Source: Paraspadella gotoi (Eukaryota > Animalia > Chaetognatha). Taken from it: 64,000 nt of DNA. The notes under the pieces are model-generated. The model saw only the letters and a list, made by a program, of their open reading frames with translations, was not told the origin of the DNA and made no database searches. The first letter of the stretch is position 1. Each line of letters starts with the position of its first letter. Location of the stretch: NCBI GenBank assembly GCA_051294375.1, contig CM119264.1, forward strand, positions 20,033,590 through 20,097,589, in the 5' to 3' direction. Of the stretch, positions 59,601-64,000 are shown piece after piece. Position numbers and translations under genes: made by a program.

Positions 59601-60651
59601 ACTGGCTCGTTTTCTGTCAAAATGTTGGTTATTTGCCAAGAGACATGTTTTTCATTATTGTTAACAGGACCCGGAGTTGCCCTCGAATTAGACGGTCATA
59701 TCATTCCGCGTAAACCTATAGGGCCACCACCTCAGCTTCCGGGAAAATTGGAAGTAAATGAAGTTACGAATCGTGAGGTAAAAATACATTTTTTACTGGA
59801 ATTTGATAATATATGAGTCGAAGTAATAATAATGAATAAAATGAGTAAAATTGAGCAAGAAAACTAGAAACTTAAAATCAATTAACGTTGCACCGTAGGT
59901 AAAACTCAGCTGGCGTTCGCCTTTGGACGAGGGAGGCGCGCCAATTTCCGGCTACGTCGTACAACGTCGAGACACAAAGCGAAACATCTGGTTAGACGTT
60001 GCAGAGTTGGACGACGCCAAGGCGACCTCCCTCACCGTCTCCCAAGTGATCGAGGGCGAGAGCTATCACTTCCGGGTTATGGCTGTCAACAGGGAAGGCA
60101 GGGGGGTGCCGAACGAAAGTCGAATGGTTACTGTCGAGAATCCCTACAGGTTGGTGGTTACGTAATAAATTTACATTTTGGTCGGCCATTCGTCAGCGAT
60201 GAAATTACGGACAGAAGCTGGCCCTATTACTATCTCTCTATTTTCATCGTTTCAGTGCTCCAACGTCACCTCGAAATCTAAAGGTGAGCGATGCGTCATC
60301 GTCTGCGGTTTTCTTAGAATGGGACGAGCCCACTGATGATACTCCTTTTGACGCGTTTTACATCGAAAAACGAGAGGCCAACAAAGACATATGGATTAAG
60401 GTACTGTATTTAGAATAGTGATTAATCATCTGTTTCCCTACTTACCAAAGATCAGGAATTGTTTGCTTAAATTTGTTTTTATGAAATTCGCCCTACTTAG
60501 GTCGCTCGCGTTCCTTCGAACGTTCATACGTACGCGGCCTATCACGTCATTTCAGGACAGGAATACTTCTTCCGGGTTTCTGCCGAAAACAACTTTGGAA
60601 AGAGCGAACCATGCACCACTAGCAGCGCTATTCGAGCTGTTAGTCCGAATG
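900..60651 (+). CDS. Titin/twitchin/projectin-superfamily giant Ig/Fn3 protein, internal part (33 exons, about 2690 aa; both ends outside window)
   Basis: Manually joined GT-AG exons keep one open frame throughout. Repeated titin-type Fn3 motifs (PGPP..W..P.DDGGSPI.GY.IE..W..Y.FRV.A.N..G) and I-set Ig motifs (G.P.P...W.K.G, D.G.Y...A.N). Exact orthologue not assignable without a search. Confidence 0.93.
2110..2675. repeat. Fold-back minisatellite: about 16-bp unit GGGATTCCTCCCACAC in two inverted arrays
   Basis: Array 2113-2345 forward, 2358-2673 reverse, pivot taatgtaatgta. Confidence 0.9.
3608..3709 (+). CDS. titin-like exon 2 (Ig)
   Basis: DLPIKK..LSCTLNKSGVQVQWLKDG; ag/gt flanks, in phase. 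Confidence 0.85.
3790..3928 (+). CDS. titin-like exon 3 (Ig)
   Basis: DGKHWLYISDCSGDDEGNYTCKA; ag/gt flanks. Confidence 0.88.
4000..4186 (+). CDS. titin-like exon 4 (Ig)
   Basis: IKAGTGTIFEIPYYGHPIPTV; ag/gtaagt. Confidence 0.85.
4357..4591 (+). CDS. titin-like exon 5 (Ig end, Fn3 start)
   Basis: RSDSGEYSLTVKNENG..VLDKPGPPRNL..DDGGSPITGYLIEK; cag/gtaagt. Confidence 0.92.
4877..4915 (-). ncRNA. Minimal type-I hammerhead ribozyme motif (Penelope-associated)
   Basis: CUGAUGA-AGGCUU..AAGCC-GAAACAUGUC on minus strand. Confidence 0.75.
5386..6222 (-). pseudogene. Inverted, frameshifted duplicate of titin-like exons 6-8 (probable assembly artefact)
   Basis: Reverse complement of 13679-14506 with dense 1-bp indels; adjacent to an N gap. 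Confidence 0.75.
8030..10326 (-). mobile_element. Reverse-oriented, indel-rich copy of the Penelope element (RT, YRKPTHT motif, GIY-YIG)
   Basis: Minus strand gives ADFYME, YRKADDT (YVDD-like), VYRK-PTHTDQYIPFDSH (about 9820-9870), YWAPC..YCGETG..RFKQH; many frameshifts. Confidence 0.8.
11787..11826 (+). ncRNA. Minimal hammerhead ribozyme in Penelope 3' tail (mirror copy at 8084-8122)
   Basis: CUGAUGA-AGGCUU-AUACUU-AAGCC-GAAAC-AU-GUC. Confidence 0.8.
12472..13429. mobile_element. hAT-type MITE family C (~960 bp, long TIRs)
   Basis: TIR T(A/G)G(A/G)GCGTTGAAAAATAAC..; imperfect ccacagt duplication; mirrored at 6471-7433. Confidence 0.7.
13679..13977 (+). CDS. titin-like exon 6 (Fn3)
   Basis: EGQEYIIRVAAINKFGVG..RPEPP..DGGSPIIGYIVE. 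Confidence 0.92.
14060..14220 (+). CDS. titin-like exon 7 (Fn3)
   Basis: WQRITK..EGYEYEYRVYSENKAGLSDPS. Confidence 0.92.
14308..14517 (+). CDS. titin-like exon 8 (Fn3)
   Basis: RPGPP..LTWKPPKFDGGATVFNYIIE. Confidence 0.9.
14970..15148 (-). mobile_element. Degenerate third member of the same tRNA-like/core family
   Basis: Shares gaacttcggatc and ggtgggttagacg with the 45094 copy; boundaries approximate. Confidence 0.5.
15629..16215. mobile_element. hAT-type MITE
   Basis: TIR tagggtgaag/catcactcta, 8-bp TSD ctaagcag. Confidence 0.75.
17515..17960. mobile_element. Palindromic MITE-like element
   Basis: ~75-bp imperfect TIRs (gttaaaataatctatcatga.catagattatggtattaaaa and its reverse complement). 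Confidence 0.6.
18909..19541. mobile_element. hAT-type MITE family D carrying a hammerhead insert
   Basis: TIR taaggcgtag/ctacgcctta, 8-bp TSD ctgtccac. Confidence 0.8.
18938..18979 (+). ncRNA. Minimal hammerhead ribozyme
   Basis: AACG-CUGAUGA-AGGCUU..GAGCC-GAAACAUGUC-CGUU; 4-bp stem I intact. Confidence 0.82.
20723..20880 (+). CDS. titin-like exon 9 (Fn3 end, Ig start)
   Basis: ATYEFRVSAENKAGIG..GKPPKIIEP. Confidence 0.9.
20944..23778 (+). CDS. titin-like exon 10, 2835 bp (Ig-Ig-Fn3x3-Ig-Ig-Fn3x3)
   Basis: 926-aa ORF in the track, extended upstream to the tag acceptor at 20943; gtaagg donor. Confidence 0.96.
23872..23977 (+). CDS. titin-like exon 11 (Fn3)
   Basis: GVEYLFRIKVRNAIG. Confidence 0.88.
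24054..24264 (+). CDS. titin-like exon 12 (Fn3)
   Basis: ISWAPSVWDGGAPIEHYIIE. Confidence 0.9.
25237..26395 (-). mobile_element. Helentron/DINE-1-like element family A, both ends present
   Basis: Asymmetric subterminal inverted repeat gtcggatctg/cagatccgac, short hairpin, 18-bp minisatellite at 25300-25750. Confidence 0.7.
26188..26229 (-). ncRNA. Hammerhead copy with GAAA>AAAA core mutation
   Basis: Near-identical to the 18938 copy except for the core G. Confidence 0.65.
26894..27057 (+). CDS. titin-like exon 13 (Fn3)
   Basis: FRVKAENCVGFG..RPSAPEGPL..VTISWNKP. Confidence 0.9.
27328..27912. mobile_element. hAT-type MITE family D
   Basis: TIR taaggcgtag/caacgcctta, 8-bp TSD ctgtaggg; reverse copy of 18909-19541. 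Confidence 0.8.
29838..29880 (-). ncRNA. Minimal hammerhead (CUGAAGA core, GUA triplet)
   Basis: AACG-CUGAAGA..ACUC..GAGUU-GAAACAUGUA-CGUU. Confidence 0.68.
30121..30772 (+). repeat. ~321-bp direct tandem duplication containing a second Helentron-like family (tttttagttgcgccgtgag...; also at 62607)
   Basis: 30121-30441 repeated at about 30442-30762 with few indels. Confidence 0.8.
30821..30894 (+). CDS. titin-like exon 14 (Fn3)
   Basis: YDGGSSVQGYVIEKR..TWIK. Confidence 0.88.
30954..31241 (+). CDS. titin-like exon 15 (Fn3)
   Basis: EGIEYYFRVRAVNSIG..NDGGSMITHYVME. Confidence 0.9.
31307..31490 (+). CDS. titin-like exon 16 (Fn3)
   Basis: EWEECG..EGRPYLFRVKAVNAVG. Confidence 0.9.
32909..32946 (-). 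ncRNA. Minimal hammerhead ribozyme
   Basis: AG-CUGAUGA-AGGCUC..GAGUC-GAAACAUGUC-CU. Confidence 0.75.
33190..33317 (+). CDS. titin-like exon 17 (Fn3)
   Basis: IEWSRPLFDGGETVTGYSLE. Confidence 0.88.
33400..33565 (+). CDS. titin-like exon 18 (Fn3)
   Basis: GLIAGQSYYVNVRARNSVGLG. Confidence 0.88.
33924..34159 (+). CDS. titin-like exon 19 (Fn3 with Cys/His insert)
   Basis: IAWDHPDDDGGSAIMNYHIE..DLCPIDPVPCHLTEHKQ. Confidence 0.88.
34303..34387 (+). CDS. titin-like exon 20 (Fn3)
   Basis: YVLAVYSENLEGRGEPL. Confidence 0.85.
35517..35858 (+). CDS. titin-like exon 21 (Fn3 with Cys/His insert)
   Basis: PPGEP..DNGGSPIIEYEIE..PHCACPH..YLFRVFAKNVIG. Confidence 0.9.
36627..37085 (-). mobile_element. 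Probable solo LTR
   Basis: tgtgg..caaca ends, GC-rich body, TATA-like and AATAAA on minus strand; no clean TSD. Confidence 0.45.
37491..38632 (+). mobile_element. Helentron/DINE-1-like element family A with nested solo LTR
   Basis: tttttagtcggatctgc..gcagatcccgactctata left end; gcagatccgacattgtttgctcaaac right end. Confidence 0.7.
37603..37978. mobile_element. Solo LTR
   Basis: TGT..ACA termini, 4-bp TSD atcg, splits the family-A motif cagaacatcgaatt. Confidence 0.75.
38955..39720 (+). mobile_element. Degenerate Penelope-like fragments (tail with hammerhead, inverted tail piece, deleted GIY-YIG region)
   Basis: 38975-39200 resembles 11630-11880; 39440-39715 matches 10400-10427 and 10880-11040 (cgtgagcaattggtgaaaccgaaa, cctccctccaagctatgattcgc). 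Confidence 0.7.
39121..39162 (+). ncRNA. Minimal hammerhead in a Penelope tail
   Basis: UCG-CUGAAGA-AGACUC..GAGUU-GAAACUUGUC-CGA. Confidence 0.72.
40435..41095 (-). mobile_element. Helentron/DINE-1-like element family A, truncated
   Basis: Reverse complement of the 250-860 copy. Confidence 0.65.
42877..42916 (+). ncRNA. Minimal hammerhead ribozyme
   Basis: CUGAAGA-AGACUC-GUAUGU-GAGUC-GAAACAUGUC; stem I weak. Confidence 0.72.
44631..44738 (+). CDS. titin-like exon 22 (Fn3)
   Basis: PPGIPRGPI..ISWSTPLDLGNSPL. Confidence 0.88.
45094..45306 (-). mobile_element. TG..CA solo-LTR-like element with tRNA-like head and structured core
   Basis: 4-bp TSD atat; minus strand A-box-like tggcgccggagg, T-arm gggttcgcgccc; core shared with 53623 and 14970 copies. 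Confidence 0.62.
45448..45637 (+). CDS. titin-like exon 23 (Fn3)
   Basis: YNVEVR..DGQSYEFRISAENKIG. Confidence 0.88.
45733..45808 (+). CDS. titin-like exon 24 (Fn3)
   Basis: LPLPPPGTLQVSNITHDSVTLQ. Confidence 0.85.
45868..45930 (+). CDS. titin-like exon 25 (Fn3)
   Basis: WLSPIDLDGPPISAYVVEKRE. Confidence 0.85.
46090..46164 (+). CDS. titin-like exon 26 (Fn3)
   Basis: STWVTIARL..FIAGNLQ. Confidence 0.82.
46226..46325 (+). CDS. titin-like exon 27 (Fn3)
   Basis: EGMEYYFSVIVENSDGQSEPL. Confidence 0.87.
46768..48932 (+). mobile_element. Long Helentron/DINE-1-like element family A
   Basis: Both termini, (GTCT/GTCC)n at 46886-46985, internal tandem units, 18-bp minisatellite 47545-47840. Confidence 0.72.
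48958..52378 (-). mobile_element. Inverted family-A element (with insertions at about 49180-50550)
   Basis: 50560-52378 is the reverse complement of about 46768-48660. Confidence 0.68.
53277..53420 (+). CDS. titin-like exon 28 (Fn3)
   Basis: VPGKPQGPL..ICWGPPLDDGGKSLTEYFIQ. Confidence 0.88.
53623..53852 (-). mobile_element. Related TG..CA element with tRNA-Gly-like head and structured core
   Basis: tgttgc/gtaaca ends; minus strand ttcgcctccca..cggggttccagcccgg; shared core. Confidence 0.58.
53987..54145 (+). CDS. titin-like exon 29 (Fn3 with His/Cys insert)
   Basis: EHTCHTHILEPHD..W..EGSGYYIRVVPVNELG. Confidence 0.87.
54579..55553. mobile_element. hAT-type MITE family C
   Basis: TAG..CTA termini, long TIRs, 8-bp TSD cttcacgt. 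Confidence 0.8.
55764..55897. repeat. Perfect inverted repeat, 60-bp arms, 14-nt spacer, built from a hammerhead/Penelope tail
   Basis: Arms 55764-55823 and 55838-55897 are exact reverse complements. Confidence 0.9.
55975..56525. repeat. 18-bp minisatellite (AAAAAATTATGCAAGTT[G/A])
   Basis: Roughly 30 tandem units; related to the 18-bp unit inside family A. Confidence 0.9.
56785..56998 (-). mobile_element. Solo LTR
   Basis: TIR tgtggacga/tcgtccaca, 4-bp TSD ctat, AATAAA on minus strand. Confidence 0.78.
57377..58361. mobile_element. hAT-type MITE family C, inverted relative to the 54579 copy
   Basis: Same TIRs; approximate TSD atcagcag. Confidence 0.75.
58365..58720 (+). mobile_element. 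Family-A element fragment disrupted by a hAT-type MITE
   Basis: cagcagatcccga..ctataattcactttgtcggtccgtcggtcc and an internal unit. Confidence 0.6.
59668..59777 (+). CDS. titin-like exon 30 (Fn3)
   Basis: GPGVALE..GPPPQLPGKLEVNEVT. Confidence 0.87.
59899..60149 (+). CDS. titin-like exon 31 (Fn3)
   Basis: LSWRSPLDEGGAPISGYVVQ..YHFRVMAVNREG. Confidence 0.9.
60256..60400 (+). CDS. titin-like exon 32 (Fn3)
   Basis: APTSPRNL..LEWDEP..FYIEKRE..WIK. Confidence 0.9.
60501..60651 (+). CDS. titin-like exon 33 (Fn3); gene continues beyond window
   Basis: GQEYFFRVSAENNFGKSEP; gtgagg donor, no further exon seen before 64000. Confidence 0.9.
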
Positions 60652-60936
60652 GTGAGGAAAAAGTTGTCGTTTCCTTTGGTCATAGAATAATTTTCAATGA
60701 TATTTTAGGATTTAAATATTGTTAAGGCGAAAAAAGTTTGTAAGTTCAATAACTTGTAAAAGAAATAAAATTAAAAAAAAAGAATGGTGATTGTGGACTA
60801 AAATGAAATGAATTATGAAAATCAAATTTTGATGAAAAGAAAATCTTTGTAATGTTAAATGTGATGTATTGATAACATGGTTCCTTCAGGGGATCCGGTA
60901 GTACATTGATCAGCAAAATTATATTTGTTTTCCCAC

Positions 60937-61398
60937 AAAAACATTTGGGCTTGCAAAAATGATATATTTCTTTGCTACATGACATTTTACTTACAAAACA
61001 TATTTCTAAAGTCAAAATGTCATTATAACTTACAAAATGACGTTTCAGCTAATTATGTGACATTTTAACTCATGAATTAACGTTTTAACTTATGAAATGA
61101 TATTTTGACAAGCAAAATGATTGTTTAAACTTTTGACTCACAAAATGACATTTTTAAATTATATTGATTGTACCAATTTTATAACCTACAAGAAATATTT
61201 TGACTCCCGTCAAAAACATTTGGGCTTGCATTATAACTTGCAAAATGACGTTTCAGCTAATTATGTGACATTTTAACTCATGAATTAATGTTTTAACTTA
61301 TGAAATGATATTTTGACAAGCAAAATGATTGTTTAAACTTTTGACTCACAAAATGACATTTTTAAATTATATTGATTGTACCAATTTTATAACCTACA
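60937..61398. repeat. Local ~190-bp tandem duplication inside a degenerate AAAATGACATTTTGAC-type array
   Basis: 61021-61209 repeated at about 61229-61398. Confidence 0.75.
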
Positions 61399-61949
61399 AG
61401 AAATATTTTGACTCCCGTTGACAGATTCACAAAATGATGATTCAAAATAGGAAATATCGTTTTGTTATTAAATAAAAGAAAATGGAAAAAACTTGAGAAA
61501 GAACATTTGACTCCTGAAATATGATTTCAACTTTCAAAATGATAATTTGTGAATTGACATGTCATTTTGTCTAGCAAAAAAAGGATATTTTGACTCTTAA
61601 ATGGCATTTTGACTTGCAAAAAGTGATTTTCGCTAAGAAAAAAATTTTTAAAAAATTCGCAAAGATCTTAAATGTCTATATTTTTTTTTAAGGGCATCAT
61701 CGCTAACAATCCCATGACAACAAATTCTATGACATACTCACATTACTCCATCGAACACTTATAAAAAGAGAAAACAACATTTGCTTTTTTATATCTATTT
61801 GTTATCTAAAAGAATATTTTTTTTTCTATTAAACTTAACTATGAATATGCAAAATTTATTTAAGTCATGATTAGCACTTTATCGTAGTGTGAGGTTTTGA
61901 TAAATATTTTGTTTTGTATAATTTTTTTGAGCAACAATTACTTTCTTTA

Positions 61950-62340
61950 ATACAACTTCAATTTTACTATGGTTGAGCTCTGTAAAGTATTCCCATCATT
62001 TTTAATTTTTATAAATTCATTCAATTTTAAAGGAGTTCCTTTATAATCCACGACCGCAAACTACAGTTGTTAAAGCATATTTCCATCAAATTTGTTTTCA
62101 TTTCTCGTAAATATTTTATTTAGTTAAGCTTTGACCTTCTGTAGATTCCTTTCCATCCTTCAGATTTTACTAGTTATTGAGAGAAGTTGAACTTCAAAAA
62201 GTTTTAGCAAATGGCAAAAACTTTATTTCACTTTTCCACTATACATTTAATTTTAAACCTGAACATGAATTGAAACGATTTAAACGGAAAAAATGTTCCG
62301 ATCCCCCTCAATTATTTGATATGCATGCTTTGAGGTTACA
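61950..62340 (-). mobile_element. Possible decayed L1/Tx1-type LINE RT fragment
   Basis: Minus-strand RLNRFNSCSGLKLNV*WKSEI resembles the F..SGLK.N..KS RT motif; stops and frameshifts present. Confidence 0.35.
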
Positions 62341-64000
62341 TTGAGATTTTTGTCAAGAACATGTAAATTTTCAGTAATTTTATGATGAAGATGGTCAAGT
62401 GAAATTGATATAGTAGCTATTTATATCAATCTTGGGGTTTCATGATCATTTTCGGATGGGCATGTTTTGGTTTCTTTTGACTAATTTTAATGACTTGAAA
62501 TAATTAAATTAAGTTCGAGTTATTTTTATATCTTTTTTTATCACTACACTTGTTAGTTAGAAAATGGAGACCTTTACTGATACACTTAGTTTAAACGTAT
62601 ATCTCGTTTTTAGTTGCGCCGTGAGTAATAGCGGAGCAAATCTATTAGTCACTTGTCGGTTGGTCGGTCTGTCCGTCCCACTTACATTAATTAGAATTAC
62701 GATAGAAAAATCCTCAACTCTAACAAATTGCTAGCACCGCCTTCAGGAAATCCTAAAACATTAAAGAATAAAAGACTGCATTCTGATCTAGTGCATGTCA
62801 TAAATATATTGGTAGTGATATTAAGTCACTACAAGTTTAAGGTTTAAAGATTCGGTTAAGGGTTAGAGTTAAGGTTTCAGTTCCAGAGTTGACAAGATCG
62901 CTTGGAGGTTAGGATTAGGGAATAAAGTTAGGAATTAGGGCAAGGCAATAATTTAAGGATAGTGTTAAGAGTTAGTTTAGGAATTTAGAGATTATTTCAT
63001 TTAATCTAATCTAATTGATATGTTTTGAAGTTGAAAAGTATACCTATATAATTAAAGCAAGTCATAAAAGCATTTTTAGATATATTCAATGAAGAAATTT
63101 ATCATACTTTCACAACATCTATCAAATATTAATTACATAAAATAATGAACACAAAAGTAACCAGGTACATAATAAAATGAAGGAAACTCCCAAACTATAA
63201 TTATTGCAACGCATTATGGTTTCAACTGTATTTTTCTTAGCAATTATAGCAAACCAACAACAAATTTCATGGTTGGGTTTTACCAAAATCATTACAATAC
63301 ACAACGGCTAAATCGACTTTTGGGTTGGCTATAAAGAGAAATAAATTATAATGCTTACACTTCATCAGGTTCCTATTTTTTCATGCAGAAAAATTACAGA
63401 CAAGAACATGTTTCTGATAATCTTCAAAAAGCTATATATATGACAGTGACGAGATAAAAATGACACTACCATGAAAGATGAAAATGTTTTAAATGCTTGC
63501 GCCTAAATTCCATCAAAAGGAAGGTACTAAGTTAGCACATGCATGTGATTGTAATATTGTTGACAGCATAAAAATCAATGTTGTATTAGAAATAGTGTTC
63601 TAAAAAAATCGCTGAGGCAAAAACAATGAATTATTAATGCAATTAGGAAATAGGTAATTCGCCAAGAAGATAAATCTGACAAATACAGCAATTCAATCTT
63701 AATGTTGCTCTCACCTTAATGGATATAAAAAAAGTTCAACTAAATTCATCCCGAATAATATTGTTTAACATTAGATTAAATTCGGTCATAAATTCAATTT
63801 TTCCTTGATACATTTTTGGTTCCTGATTGTGTTTTCAATGTCATGTCGCCAAAAAGTCGTAAAGAGAAAGAGAGAGAGAGAGAGATACTCACAAAAATTC
63901 GTCTTCTGGTCGGCGAATTCCGTTTTCTTCGGGCATACAGTTATTATCACTTTGCTGGGGGTGTTCATATACGAAATCTGTTACCCCTCCGTCAACAACA

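Noticed and set aside
62835-62990. TTAGGG-like tract
   Set aside because: Short and highly degenerate; not an interstitial telomere array.

Overview
AT-rich animal (invertebrate-type) genomic DNA. The whole window lies inside one giant muscle-protein gene of the titin/twitchin/projectin superfamily on the + strand. I traced 33 GT-AG exons (900-60651, about 8.08 kb CDS, about 2690 aa) that join in phase; neither start nor stop codon is in the window. Domain order is Ig x3, Fn3 x3, Ig x2, Fn3 x3, Ig x2, then at least 14 consecutive Fn3. The long introns are packed with mobile DNA: a Penelope-like retroelement (RT + GIY-YIG), about 10 minimal hammerhead-ribozyme motifs in short Penelope-derived repeats, Helentron/DINE-1-like non-autonomous elements, hAT-type MITEs with 8-bp TSDs, solo LTRs, a fold-back minisatellite, and a small family of TG..CA-bounded elements combining a tRNA-like head with a covarying, partly twister-like RNA core. 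The block 5386-10326 is most likely a reverse-oriented, error-rich gap-fill (assembly artefact).
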